Assembly: GCA_003990765.1 (NCBI GenBank)
Contig: RBNJ01000065.1
Span: forward strand, 1 to 44,879
Length of the DNA: 44,879 nucleotides
DNA from: Jimgerdemannia flammicorona
Taxonomy: Eukaryota
Direction of reading: 5' to 3'
Below are positions 12,899 to 26,428 of this stretch, in pieces. Within the stretch, counting starts at the first letter, position 1, and each line of letters opens with the position of its first letter. The notes below the pieces were generated by a model that ran no database searches, had not been told where the DNA came from, and saw only the letters and a list, made by a program, of their open reading frames with translations. The translations under genes and the position numbers were made by a program.

Positions 12899-14215
12899 AC
12901 TCAGCTAGGATATACATGTACCCCTCATTGCTAATACTATTCTCACAGAAGATAAGTGAAAATGTAGAGATTGTGAGCTTTATTCTATTATATAGCTATA
13001 TATAATATTTCACATAGTTCTGGTATATCTATAAGATTTAACTCATGTTCTGCTTCAAATACTCAGCTAGGGCATATGCTTCTTATTACCAATACTATTT
13101 CCTTTAAAAATGAATAGAAGATGAGTGAAAATGTATAGATCATGAGCTTTATTCTATTGTGCAGCATAATACAATGCTTCATACAGTTCTGATATATCTC
13201 AAAGATTCATCTTAGTTAAAGTCATGTTCTGCTTCAGAGGTTCAGCTTGGGCACAGTGTCATTCTCATTAAAATCTACTTTAGAGACTCAGCTTGAGCAT
13301 ATGCCCCTTATTGCTAATACTATTCCTATAAGAGATGAGTAAAAATGTACAGATTGTGAGCTCTATTTCATCATACAGCTGCACACAATACTTCATATAG
13401 TTCTGATATACCTCTGATATTCAGCTCATATTCTGCTTCAGATACTCAGCTAGGGCATATACTCCTTATCACTAATACTATTCCTTTTAAAAATGAATAG
13501 AGAATGAGTGAAAATGTACAGATCATGAGCTTCATTCTATCATATAACTGTATACAATACTTTATATAGTTCTGATATACCTCAGAGATTCATCTCAGTC
13601 AAGGTCATATTCTGCTTCAGAGGTTTAGCTAAAATACAGTATCATTCTCATTAAAATCTAGTTTAGAGACTTGGGTAAGATATATACTCCTTATTGCTAA
13701 TATTATTCTCATAAAAGATGAGCAAAAATATACAGATCATGAGCTTCATTCCATTATACAGCTTTATATAGTTTTGAGATTCAGCTTATATTTTGCTTCA
13801 GATACTTAGCTAAGGCACATGCCCTTCATTACTAATATTATTCTCTTTAAAAATGAATAGAGAATGAGTGAAAATATACAGATCATGAGCTCTATTCCAT
13901 TATGTAGCTGCATATAACACTTTACATAGTTCAAACATATCTCTGAGATTTAGCTTATATTCTGCTTCAGATATTTAGCTAGGGCACATGCTCGCATCAC
14001 TAATACTATTTTCTTTAAAAATGAACAGGAGATAAGTGAAAATGCACAGATCATGAGCTTCATTTCATCATATAGCTATATATAATACTTCATACAGTTC
14101 TGATACTATATCTTGGAGATTCAGCTCAGTCAAAGTCATGTTCTGCTCAGAGACTCAATAAGGTATATACTCTCTTGTCACTAATGACATTCTCTTTAAA
14201 ATTGAACAGGGGGTA
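12899..14215. repeat. Diverged tandem array of ~8 units, 137-224 bp each
   Basis: Recurring ACTCAGCTAGGGCA.ATG, GAGTGAAAATGTACAGATCATGAGCT and TTCTGCTTCAGA; unit starts near 12899, 13061, 13285, 13445, 13668, 13805, 13973, 14152. Confidence 0.9.
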
Positions 14216-14706
14216 AAAATGGATCTTTTTATTCTATTGTTCTTATATTTATACAGCATTACTTTTATGAGGTCATGCTGTTGCTCAGTTTTGTAGTGAG
14301 TGTTTCAGAGTTAGCAGTATCAGACTTTCTTTTAGGAGTAAGTATTAGTTCAGTGGAAATAAATATTAGTTTGGTGGAAATAAATATTGATTTGTCAGTA
14401 GTAGTGTTGGCTCAGCAGAAAAAGATATTGTAGGTGTTGGTTCAGCAGGGACAGGTGTTTGTTTGGCAGGTTCAGCAGGTTTGACAGGTTTAGTTCATTC
14501 AGTAGAGATCTGTCACATTCTCTCTAATTGTCTGTCTATATTCTATTCTTTATATTATATCTATTGTCCATCCATATTTTATCATCCATATTCCATCCTA
14601 TTATCTATCTATATTCTATTATATTGTCTATTTATTGCTCATCATCCAGATTTTATCCTCTTATCTATCTATATTCTATTTTAATAATCTGACTCCATCT
14701 TCTTCT

Positions 14707-15950
14707 CTACTGTTGTAAAGCAAATAATATTGCCATAATTATATTTCTTTTCTGATCACTCTCACCATTGTTCTCCTGTTCTTGAAATAATATATTTCTT
14801 TGTACTTCATATTGATCATTTTTATCTTCTTCATTTTCTTCATCTCTTATATATTCTTCTCTAAGTAGTAATATAGTATCATTGGAGACTTGAATAAAGT
14901 TATGTAATATTATAGCTGTATGAATAAGATTTATAGCTTTGATAGAATTCCTTATTTGAAGACTTCTCAAGAGTAAAAAACATGTCTTCAGTCTATCAAA
15001 AGTATACTCAACAACAATATAGATGTTTGTTAAATATATTTCCAAGATCTCCATATAGTAGCTTTGGATAAGGACAGATTATATATGTTATACAAGGTTT
15101 ATAGCCATCATCTGCAAGAAGATAGTCATCATTAATAAAATATTTTATAGGGTCTTTAGAAAGAAATGATTCATTAAAAATCTTTCTATTATGATATGAT
15201 GCTGGCCATTCAATTATAAAGCTGGTAAAATTTGCAAGATAGTTAACTGTTGCCTGTACTATCAGTGCATACTTTATCTTTCTTGACCAGTAAGATGTCT
15301 TATTATCTATTGGTGCATCTTGAAAAGGAATATGAGTATTATTAATTGTACCAATAATACTCAGAAAGTCTGCAATTTGCTGAAAACCTTTGTAAACTTC
15401 TTGACATCATTTTTCATATAACCACTAAATATATGTTACTCTCAGATTATTAATAATTGTTATTATAGTTCTTGTATAAAAGGTTTCAATAAATTCTTCT
15501 GTACAGCTAAAGATTATTGATAACTTAGTATATGTCATTAGTCTACTAAGGCATTTAAATAATACTGCAACCTGAATCTATATATACTTGAGTTTGCTAT
15601 TTATTTGATTAAAATATGAGATGTGACATCAACTCTAATATCAAATTGTTATATATACTTTGCTTTATTCTCAAAACTTTAAAACATTCTCTATCTTTAT
15701 AGTATAGAAGTACATTGTTTACCCAGTCTAAAGAGACAGATATTCTATATTTTCAAAGAGTGCTATATTAAGATTAAGCTAAGTCTGCACTTACCAATAC
15801 CTTATTTGCTAAGCAACAAATATCCATTACTTCTTCTAGAGTAGTTTTGTCATTATTATCATTATTATCATCATTACTATTAGAAAAACTCATTTCATTT
15901 TCAATGATGGTATCCATTATAGCTATTACTGATAAGCTTGCTATTGCTTA
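14707..15950 (-). pseudogene. PIF/Harbinger (DDE_Tnp_4-type) transposase, heavily decayed
   Basis: IIGTINNTHIP (from GAIDGTHIP), YWSRK..VQATVN, EWPASYHN (from GWPGS.HD), YLLADDGY, VVEYTFDRLK..F, IILHNF. Start approximate. Confidence 0.85.
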
Positions 15951-16004
15951 TATGAGGGCTGGAAGTTTTTTAGAAAGTCAAGATATCAGATCATCATACT
16001 AGTA

Positions 16005-16510
16005 GTCACAGTAAGTTAGAATATAGATGTTGTACAATATTGTACTATAAGTCAGGTTTGAATATAGTGATGTGCTGTCAAAGTCAGAATTGTGCTGAAT
16101 TGTAAAAGTTTATATAGATCAGAATATAGATATTGTCCTAAATCATAGAAGTTTATACAATAGAGATTTCTGAATTGTGAAGTCTGTAAAAAAATATAGA
16201 GATTATGCTAAATTGCAGAAGTCTGTAAGTATAGTACTGTAAGTTAGAATATAGATATTATACTAAATTATGAGAGATATATATATCAGAATATGGATAT
16301 TTTAATAATTATGGAGATTGGTGTTATGGGTGTCATACTATAAGTCAGAATATAGATATTGAAATAAATTATAGAGATTGGTGTTGTGGGTATCATACTA
16401 TAAGTCGGAATATAGATATATTATACTGAATTATTGAAGTTGGTATTATTAGTATCATATTGTAAGTCAGAAAAAAGTTAGTATTGTACTGAAGTTAAAA
16501 TACAGATATT
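16005..16510. repeat. AT-rich imperfect repeats (AAGTCAGAATATAGATATT); ~60-bp period at 16270-16470
   Basis: Motif directly visible many times upstream of the Harbinger ORF. It may be a subterminal repeat tract of that element (inference). Confidence 0.75.
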
Positions 16511-16709
16511 GGTAATTAGGCTCTATCAGATAAGACTCTAAATTTGAGCTATTTGTTAGGTATAGAAATACTGATAATTGGAGATTCAATTTTGACAGCA
16601 GTATATCTGATCTAAAAAATAACTGACTCTACAATATACTCAAAACTTCACATAAATATAAATGACTTTAAAAACATATATCTGAATTTAATAATTTTTA
16701 TTATACTAG

Positions 16710-18794
16710 ATAGTCCATCCCAATCTTTGATGGAAAGGATTATGCCATCTAGATATTCCATATGATAAATCTTTTTAATAAATGTGACTTAGTGGAGTAT
16801 ATAAAGCCACAAGTGTAGATTTAAGACTATAACCCTATAAATAATTACTGAGTATTATGTAAGATTATATTCATATTGTCAAACTTGTAAATAAAGCTCA
16901 TAATGTATGCAGATATAGTTAATGAGATATGGGAAGTCCTATGCAATCATCATGTGTAAGAATCTGCATCAAATAGATTCCATCTGAAATCTCAGCCATT
17001 TAATCTTCAAATGAAGTCTAAGAAGAGCATCTATGAATATATCAGTCATATTGATAATCTAGTAAATCAAGTGAATTCTCTCAGCATGTCTGCAGATTAC
17101 ATTGATAATGAAGATAAGGTTATAGCACTCACAAGAGAACTTCTGGATATATATAATATTGTCATCTCAGCCATATATGAGAGTGACACTTTTATAGATT
17201 ATATCTATATAATAATGAGCCTTATGAATGAGAAAATGTGCCAAGGAAATAATGCTGAAGAAAATAATGATGAAAGGGCATTCTATGGGTTCTGCAGATA
17301 TAGTGCCAAATGAGGTCAAAGGCATGGTCAATAAAGCCAATGACTCCAAATCCAAAATCAATAGTACAATAGCCAATCAACTAAGTATAATAGCTACTAT
17401 AAATACTACAGCAAGTATAGATATAGGAAACACCAATGTTATTACTGGAAAAATGAAAATAAGTATAGAAACTAGTATTGGTAATATGGAATAGCAGAAA
17501 GAACTATCAGGAAAAATATGAAAATGCAAATATTACCAAAACTGATAAAAGTAATAATCTATTTTTTGTATAAGCTGCCAGTCCTTCTACATCTATAAAG
17601 TCTGGCAAGGATGAAAATTTTGGATCTAAAAGTTCTGCCAAATCTACTGCCAATTCTGACAGCATCAGTTCTGTCAATTCTGCTAATATAGGATCTAGTG
17701 TCAAATCTACCAACTTATTATCTACAAATACCAGTCAGCAAAATACTTTTATACTGACAAAAAGTGGTGATAACATCAGTATTACCAGCAGTATAGATAG
17801 AAAAACTACCAAATATATGTCTATCTATATACCTGGTGAATATACAAATACAGCCAATGATAATGATATTTAGTTAATAAATTCTAGAGTCACACAATAC
17901 ATAATACCATACAGAGAATAGTTCTCTATATATCAACCATTTGAACACCCTGTACCTATCAAGTTGGGAGATAATAATATCATCTATACTTAAGGAAAGA
18001 GAAATTTTAGCATATATCTTTATAGAAATATCATTGAGCCTACTACTACTCTTATAGATATACTATATGCTTTAGAGATAAGAAAGAATCTCTTCTCTAT
18101 AGGCAAAATGATGACTCATAATGATAAAGAGATATATATATATTCAAAAGATGCAACAATATATAATTCACATAACAACAAGAGATTAATGACAGCCTTG
18201 AAATATGGCAATCTTTACACAATCAATAGTATGCCAAGTAGTGTAAAAATCTCTACATATATGACAACTATGCCTGATGTGTCTAATATATAGTATCAAC
18301 ACTTAGGACATATCAGCAAGATGAGCCTCAAATGGATGATAAGAAGTGGATCTATCAGAGAATTACTGGAAGTATATCTGCATAACAGTTTCTATAAGGA
18401 TTATATAGCAAACAAGGCATCTCAGTAATCATTCAAAGAATGATTAAAGTATATATCTAGGATCCTCAACCTTGTATATATAGATATATATAGGCTGATA
18501 TATATGCTATCATATTCTGGTAAGAGATATTTTCCCACATTCATCAATGATTATATATGTAAAGTATATATATATATTCTATCAGTAAAGAGCCAAGCCT
18601 TGGATAAATTCAAAAAATTTAAAATAATTGCTAAGAATGAGATAGGATATAGAATACATACTATATGATCAGATAATAGATATGAATATATCAATTATAC
18701 ATTCAAGTAGTTTCTGATGAAATATAGTATAATCCATCAAATGATGACTCTCTATATGCCTTAGTAAAATAGTATAGTCAAGTAATTTAACTAT
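16710..18794 (+). mobile_element. Ty1/Copia remnant, part 1: gag, protease, GAG-pre-integrase, N-terminal integrase
   Basis: IPIFDGKDYAI*; UBN2-like ESIYEYI..DKVIAL segment; *LINSRVTQYI (from WLIDSGAT.HM) near 17871; *YQHLGHI (from WH.RLGH) at 18291; SDN..EY; P*.NSIVK*FN (from PQQNG.AER.N). Confidence 0.85.
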
Positions 18795-19259
18795 TGTGAT
18801 GGTATAGCCAGATTTGAAAGAAGGAAATAGAGAACAGATACTTGATCGCACCCAGTCCCAAAGTAGTATAGCCACATAGTTAGCAGTCCTCGATTCTGCC
18901 ATTTGCTAAATATTTCACAAAGTGTGAGATTGAGCTTCTCAATACAGTATAGCATTTCACAACTGGTGAAATATTTTGCAAAGTGTTAAATGACTCATAA
19001 CTTAGCCACATAACCCAGTAACCATCTCATAGCTAGCAAACTTGTATAAAAACCCAGTATCTTCAAGTGAATAAACCTCAGATCGAAATAGTTTAAAGTA
19101 AAGAGATAGCAAAGGAACTAGTAAGCCTGTGGGCAGATACACTTCAAATTCACCCACCCTCCCCTGCAACTCAAAGGACTCTGAGGAGTCAGAGAAGATC
19201 AAATTTTCAAGATACAGAAATCCAACGTACTTTCAAGAGTAAGTGTCTACTACATTACA
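18795..19259 (+). repeat. Gypsy-1 5' LTR (465 bp)
   Basis: TGTGA...TTACA; direct repeat of 25040-25505; TATAAA within 19041-19050 and AATAAA at 19070-19075. Confidence 0.93.
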
Positions 19260-19373
19260 ACTTAGTGCCCATTGGCTGGTGATTCAAGATGAATCCCTCA
19301 CTTTCAAGCTGAACAATGAACAACTGCTACTACTCAAACAACCACACAAACTGAGCCCCAATACCCAGATAAG

Positions 19374-22300
19374 ATGGATATGAGACTACTAGTATTCTAC
19401 AGATATACCTCAGATGAATCAATCATCACCTTCATTGACGATTTCAAACAGTATGCCACTGTAAGAACCCTGACAGCAGTACAGCAAGTAGCCCTCATGC
19501 CCTTCAGCCTATGAGGTCCTGCCAGAGCAGCATTTACAGCCACAACCCATGCAGGAAATGATGCCAATGCTATACTGACAGCATAGAAGACCTGGCTCTG
19601 TAATACATATTATACAGATGAGATCAAGCAAGCTCTGAAGGATCAGCTCAATACAACATGCCAAGGAATGAGTGAGGATCCAAACACATTCTATACCAGA
19701 ATTCGATTTCAGATAATCCTTGCAGATTATGCTGCTGCTATCCAAGATCAAGTAGCTGAAGCAACCTTCATAAAAGGAGTCTATCCAGAAATAGCCATGG
19801 CCATCCGCTCATTACCAGTGATTCTGGATCTGCTACAGAAGGTCACCTATGCTCAGTGATACTGGATAGCCAGACATCCACAAGACCATACAATGGAAAG
19901 GGTCACAGGAGTCAGAATTAAAGCACCCAAGGCAACCAGTATAATCCCTACCACAATGATCAATCGAAACACACCTCAGCCAAAAGCTACAGAGCAGCAA
20001 AAGAACAGTGACCCTATGGAGGAACTCACCAAAAGGTTTGCCGAAATAACTGCCCACCTGGGAGATGTGGTAAAGGAAATTCAAGGAAGAGACTGCCGCC
20101 CTGTCTAGAAGTTTGCTGCCACCTCAGACAAGAAGAAAGGTACCTGCTACAGCTGCAGAGAAGAAGGCCACTACTCCTATGAATGCATGAGTGAAACCAA
20201 GTGCAAGGCTCAACCAAGCAATGCCACACAAAATAAGGAGTAGGCCAATACAATCACCTTTGAAGAAATCAGAGAATCTGATGAAGAGGAATGGGAGGCC
20301 TATCCTGCTCAGACCACCAAGAAGGATGTTCGCAAAGAACCCTACAAGAGACTGCCAGGAAGACCCAAGAAGAACCCAGTGGAAAAGCGGATGGAAACTG
20401 CCACAGAAAGCCAAGCCAAAGAAATGGACCAAGATATAGAGCTGGAGCAAGCAGTTTAAGATATCATCTGAGGAACCACTCCAGCCAGTGAAGGAGAAAA
20501 AGAAAAGAAGCTTTGCAAGACCAAGACCTTCAAGTATGATATCTTCAAGGACCTCAGTCAATAAAAGATCAATGCAACCTTTGGTCAGCTCGCAGAAATC
20601 CCAACATTCAGACAGCAAATGAGGTTTGGACTTGCCAAAACAACTAAGGAATAAGGATGGAAGATAACTGAGGCCAATAATGCTCAAGAGGACTCAGGAG
20701 AAGAAAGTGAGGACAATCGCAAAACCTCTGCATATGCAATATGCCAAATCAAAGATAGAATCTTTGAAGCCATCATCGATATGGGAGCAGGAGGATATCT
20801 CCTCAGTAAGAAGGCAGCAGACTGCCTAGGTTGGGATGTGGAAGAAGTAACTAAGCTGGTGTTTGTCACAGCTGATGACACAAGAGCCACACCTCTGAGA
20901 AAGATCCGAGATATTCCCATCAAGATTGGAGGAGCAACAATCCCAGTAGATGTAATTGTAACCAATACCACCAACTATGACATCCTTATCGACAATCAAT
21001 GGCTTCACAAAGCCAAGGCAGTAATCAATCTCAATGCTCAGAAGATGCAGATCACCTACTGGGGACAAAAGATATGAATTCCCATCAATGTCAACAAAGG
21101 AGTCCTGCCTGATATGGAGGAAGAAGAGAGCAAGCAAGAGGAAGCTTATATGGTGACTACTCCAAAGAAGAAGAAAGTTGGATGGATGAGTAAAGAAGAA
21201 TGGTGCAAGAAGATGGCAGAAGACTATGCACCACAAGGAGTCTGTCCTCATGGGATCAAGATGTACTGTATGGAGTATGTCAATGATTGCTACCAGTGTA
21301 CCATCGGAATCAGGAAGATCCACCAGGAAAGAAGGCAGAAAGCTCTTGAAAAGCAGATCAGGGAAGAAGAGAAGGAGGAAGATGATGAACCACCAGCTCT
21401 CCTGGAGGACAGTGATGATGAAGAAGAAATCAAGGTCAAGATTTGGAAGATCTATCCTGATACAGTCTTGCCAGAATACAAGTCAGAAAATGCAGCTGGA
21501 ATGGACATCGCTACAGTAGAAGAGACTGTACTAGAACCCCAGACAACCACCCTACTTGCAACTGGACTGGAAATGACCATTCCAAAAGACCATGTCAGGA
21601 TCCTCAAGACAAGAAGCAGCCTGGCCAGAAGCAAAATTACTATCGAAGGAGGAGTCATCGATTCAGACTATACTGGAGAAATTCTGCTCATTGGTAGGAA
21701 TCACAATCCTACAATCTCATTTCCAGTCAAGAAGAAGGACCGATTGATGCAAATGTTGATCTTTCCAATCATACAACCAAGGATCATAGAAGTCAAGAAT
21801 CTGGAGGAAATGAAAAGAGAAAAGAAAGGATTTGGATCCACAGGAAGAGGAGTATTCACCAGCACCAAGATTATCAAACTTGAACATAAGAAGGAGGAAA
21901 ACACAAGTAAGCATAGCTACACAATCGGAAATGAATTTCCACTCAAGAAAGAACTCAAGGAAATACTCCACAAATTTGAAGATGTCCTTGCCACAGATTT
22001 CAAGGATATCAAAGGAAAGACCCCACACTACTATCATGAAGTAGATACTGGAGACACCGAACCAATTTATCAGAAGGCAAGGCCTGTCCCGCCAGCCTAC
22101 CGAGAATGGCTCAGAGAAGAAATCAAACAGATGGAAGAAGCCAGCATCATTAAAGAAGCCAGCAGCCCCTGATCCTCACCTGTTGTACTAGCCCTGAAAA
22201 AAGGCAGCAAGCCTGGAGAATTCACCCCAAGACTCTGTGTTGACTACAGAAAGCTCAATATAGTTACCAAAAAGGATCGCCAACCACTGCCTCTCATCAA

Positions 22301-24551
22301 TGACATCCTCATAACACTGGGAGATGAAGCACAGTACTACAGCACTTTGGACTTATACTCAGGATTCCACCAAATCGGACTCACAGACATGGCAAGTAAA
22401 AAATCAGCTTTCATCACCCCAGATGGAACCTATGTCTACCTATGAATGTCATTTGGAATATGCAATGTACCAGCAAGTTTCTAGCAAATGATGAACAAAA
22501 TCTTCTGCTATGACATGGGAAGATGGATGATGGTCTATGTTGATGATGTAATCATCTACAGCCAGACACCAGAAGAATACATGCAGTACATCTGGCAGAT
22601 AATGGAAAGATTGAGAAAGCATGGCCTATACATCAAGCCCAAAAAATGCAAATTCACAGAAATCGAGATCTCCTATCTCGGCCACATCATCAACTAAGAT
22701 AGAATATACACAGACCCCCTCAAGATATAAGCAGTAGCAGTATACCCAAGACCCACCACTGTTACAGAAGCCCAAGCCTTCATGAGACTTGCCTCCTATT
22801 ATTGCAGATTTATTAGAGGATTTTCTAATATTGCAGGACCAATCTATGAACTTAACAAGAAGGATACTAAGTTCCAGTGGACTGGCAGACAACAAGAAGC
22901 ATTTGATGAACTCAAGGTCAGACTGACCCAGGCACCCATCCTCAGAAGACCTGACTGGACTCAAGAATTCATCCTACAGACTGACGCAAGTGCACAAGGA
23001 CTAGGAGCAGTCCTAGCCCAAAAGAAAGATAAAGTGGAGTATGTCATCACATACCTCAGCCATGGAACCCGAGGGGCTGAAAAAGAATATAAATCCTATA
23101 AGTTGGAATGCCTTGCAGTCATCTGGGTCATAGAAAAGTTCCACTACTACTTGACTGGAAGACACTTCACCATCCAAATGGACCACTCAGCTCTCACCTA
23201 GCTACTAACAACTGGACAATCCAAAGGAATCTATGCCAGATAGATAATGAAGTTGCAAGCTTATGATGTAACTATTGTACACCGCTCTGAAAGAACCAAT
23301 GCCAATGCTGACACCCTCTCATAGACACCCCGAACTACCTCCAACCAACAAATCAACCATGAATAAGGAGCTCTACTATGGAATTATCACATATCTGAGA
23401 CAGCGAAAGATGCCCCAACATCTGGAAGAATGGATACAAATGATTATCAACAGAACATGGAAATAATTCAAAACTGACAGAGAAACACTGAAGAAAGGAA
23501 ACTACTAGTCATACTAGAACACAAGAAGGAACAAGTGATGAAATCAGTACACAAACTTGGCTATCTAGGAGGAACAAATACATATAACAAGGCAAGGAGA
23601 ACAATATGGTGGCCAGAGATGGAGGAAGATATCAGACAATTCATCAAGACCTGCAACAAATGCCAGAAACAGAAATAAGACCAATGAAATTAAGCTCCAG
23701 AATCAGCACACATAAAATCAGTACCATTCACCCATATTGTAATAGATGTAATTGGCCCTCTACCCTTGACTTTGACTGGCAACCAATACATCATCATCAT
23801 CATAGACCTTTTTACAAAATGGATAAAAGCAGGACCCCTTATAGAAGCCAATGCACAGTCAATCACTAATTTCTTCTATAAAGAAATCATCTGCCAATTC
23901 AAGACCCCAATGCAAGTAACCACAGATAGAGGAACAGAATTTGTGAACCAGTTCTTTGAAGTTCTCTACAAGAAATACAAGATCCAGCATATCTGGACCA
24001 CAGCATATCATCCTCAAGGAAACAGATAAGTAGAAAGGACCAACAAAACCCTCAAGAACATTATTGCCAAGATCTGCAATAACTATGAGAACTGGGATCA
24101 CTATCTGCCAATAGCATTATCTGCTCTCTGGGATATCTGATCACAAAGTACCCACTTTACCCCTCAAGAAATGTTATTCGAAGAAGAATATTCTCAGGGA
24201 ACCCTATCTTCCAATGGAGATGCCATATGGAAACATGTGGATATGGAAATACAGAGACTACACCAAATCAGGAAGAAGGCTAAAGATTACATAACCAAGG
24301 CACAGACACTACAATGGAGGAATGCAGAAAAGACCCACAAACCTTTGGAGATTATCAAGATAGGAGACAAAGTCCTAGTGTATCGGAATATAGTAGAAGC
24401 TTCATGGTCATGAAAACTGGAGCCCAAGTAGGAAGGACCTTACCTTGTGCAAGATATAAAAGGGACCACCTTTTGGCTATGAAAACCCTCAAGCACAATA
24501 ATCCCCACCACCATTTACCAAAACCGACTCAAGAAATATCATGGCCAGTAA
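19374..24551 (+). pseudogene. Gypsy-1 gag-pol polyprotein
   Basis: Zinc knuckle CYSCREEGHYSYEC (~20145-20186); protease [19 protein letters not shown] and YVDD; RNase H LQTDASAQGLGAVL; integrase IDVIGPL, TDRGTEF, AYHPQGN, EGPYLV. No chromodomain seen. Confidence 0.93.
21440..21845 (+). CDS. dUTPase domain within Gypsy-1 pol (open frame, ORF 21114-22172)
   Basis: All five trimeric dUTPase motifs: AAGMDI, RSSLA, GGVIDSDYTGEI, DRLMQ, REKKGFGSTG. Confidence 0.93.
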
Positions 24552-25017
24552 CAAAAGTACTGTGATGGCACTCAAGATCACTAGTACTGCCCAAAGAGCC
24601 ATCGAGAGACAATGGTGCACAACTGAGCCTCTGACCATAGAGGAGTCTTATGACAGTATCCAAAGCATCGTGCAGACTCATCTCTCTCAGATCTCACACT
24701 TCAAGGCCTATCAGCATTGAAACAAATTCCAAGAGTACTTCAAACTTGGTCAAGTTCTCAACCAAGACCCAGAAATAACCAAAGAAAATTGGATCACAGA
24801 ATGCCAGCTCTCCTATTCCCAGATCACCATTACTAAGAGAATCCACAAGCTATTCCAAAAGGATGAATCAGTACTAGCCTACCTGCAAGGAGTGACCCCC
24901 TCAGACTTTGACTGAGTCAAGCAACATCATTGGGAAACAGTAATACAACAAATTGCACAGTACAAGACCATATAGACCATTGAAGCTTGGGAGTTTGAAT
25001 AGATGCTTCAGAGATGA
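24541..25017 (+). pseudogene. Gypsy-1 accessory ORF3 downstream of integrase, function unknown
   Basis: ATG overlaps the pol stop by 11 nt; MASNKSTV..YFKLGQVL..QLSYSQITITKRIHKLF..; internal stops are TGA/TAG, each one transition from CGA/CAG; true end uncertain. Confidence 0.7.
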
Positions 25018-25029
25018 GACCATCTATTC

Positions 25030-25039
25030 AGGAGGAAGT
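25030..25039 (+). other. Polypurine tract of Gypsy-1
   Basis: AGGAGGAAGT abuts the TG of the 3' LTR. Confidence 0.7.
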
Positions 25040-25505
25040 TGTGACAGTATAGCCAGATTTGGAAGAAGGAAATAGAGAACAGACACTTGATTATACCCAG
25101 TCCCAAAGTAGTATAGCCATATAGTTAGCAGTCCTGGATTCCACCATTTGCTAAATATTTCACAAAGTACAAGATCGAGCTTCTCGATATAGTATAGCAT
25201 TTCGCAACTGGCAAAATATTTCGCAAAGTGTTAAATGACTCATAACTTAGCCATGTAACCTAGTAACCATCTTATAGCTAGCAAACTTGTATAAATAACC
25301 CAGTATCTTCGAGTGAATAAACCTCAGATCAAAATAGTTCAAAGCAAAGAGATAGCAAAGGAACTAGTAAGCCTGCAGGCAGATATACTTTGAACTCACC
25401 CACCCTCCTCTGCAACTCAAAGGACTCTAAGGAGTCAGAGAAGATCAAGTTTTCAAGATACAGAAATCCGATGTACTTTCAAGAGTAAGCATCTGCTATG
25501 TTATA
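25040..25505 (+). repeat. Gypsy-1 3' LTR (466 bp)
   Basis: TGTGAC...TTATA (CA mutated to TA), followed by TSD CTAT. Confidence 0.93.
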
Positions 25506-26428
25506 CTATATGGCTATAGAAATAATGCATATAATGATCAATATTATCAGATTGTCATATTCTTATTGGGCTGAAGCTATAAACACTACAGTATATATTT
25601 ACAACTAGTAATATCTTGATCACTGAGTAAGAATTCTGGTAATAATAAGTATTTCAGAGATAATGATATTATTTCTGAAGAATTATAGAGTGGATCTAAG
25701 TCAAATATATCACATCTATGCATATTTGGCTGTAAGGTATATATTCTCAACAAAAACAACACTATCTAGGATAAATTCAAACCCAAGGTAAGCAAGTATA
25801 TGTTTTTTGGATATTCTAGCAAAGTATACCAACTATGGGATCTATATAAGCAGTATATAGTTATCTCTTACAATATACAGTTCAAAGAGAAAGACTTGGA
25901 AATCTACATGGAAGTACTAGTTGAAACCTCTACATCTATATCTCAGCTAGTGCAAATACAGCAATCAGTATAACCATCATCTATCTCTCTAGTAGTTAAT
26001 TAAAATTATTATCAACTACTATATATATCTGAGTCAGAAATGCCTGAGCCTAGAATAATAGAGATCAAAGATGAAGATGATAGTGAATTCTTCAATGATA
26101 AAGAATCCTCCACAAAGGGTGAATAAAAGCAAAGGCACTCTAATATTTACCAAAAAACTTATTCAGAATTGAAAAATTACTAGAATGTATCAATAAGCTC
26201 TTGACAGTAATATAAAGGACTATATGAACTATGCTAAAGCATATAAATACATATATATCATAATATCTTCTAGTAAGTTAAGTATATATAATAAAGTCAT
26301 AACTAATCCTGATAGCAAGAAATAGAAACAAGCTATAGATGAGGAATATGATTCACTTATCAAGAATGGTACATGAGATCTGATATCTCTTCTGCTAAAT
26401 CATCAAGTAATTGGATCAAGATGAGTAT
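25506..26428 (+). mobile_element. Ty1/Copia remnant, part 2: C-terminal integrase, SH3-like region, start of RT
   Basis: YWAEAINTTVYIYN, HLCIFGCKVY, DKFKPK..FFGYS, KQAIDEEYDSLIKNGT*DL, VIGSR*V. Confidence 0.88.

Larger units (their letters stand above)
18795..25505 (+). mobile_element. Gypsy-1, complete Ty3/Gypsy LTR retrotransposon with dUTPase (6711 bp), decayed
   Basis: Paired LTRs; 4-bp TSD CTAT (18791-18794 and 25506-25509); domain order gag-PR-dUTPase-RT-RH-IN; inserted in the Copia integrase. Confidence 0.95.

Noticed and set aside
12899-14215. Regularly spaced repeats as CRISPR or a tRNA/ncRNA cluster
   Set aside because: The whole unit is repeated and diverged; there are no spacers, cas genes or recognisable cloverleaf.
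16516-16540. TTA|GGCTCTATCAG as a Harbinger TIR with a TTA TSD
   Set aside because: It points away from the transposase and I found no inverted partner in the window.
19260-19285. tRNA assignment for the Gypsy-1 PBS (ACTTAGTGCCCATTGG)
   Set aside because: The position fits and TAG may derive from TGG, but it is too decayed to assign a tRNA without the host tRNA set.
21114-22172. Stand-alone host dUTPase gene
   Set aside because: It is in frame with the protease linker and RT inside an LTR-bounded element.
24541-25017. ORF3 as an env gene
   Set aside because: Too short, with no visible signal peptide or transmembrane anchor; the same holds for 27919-28434.
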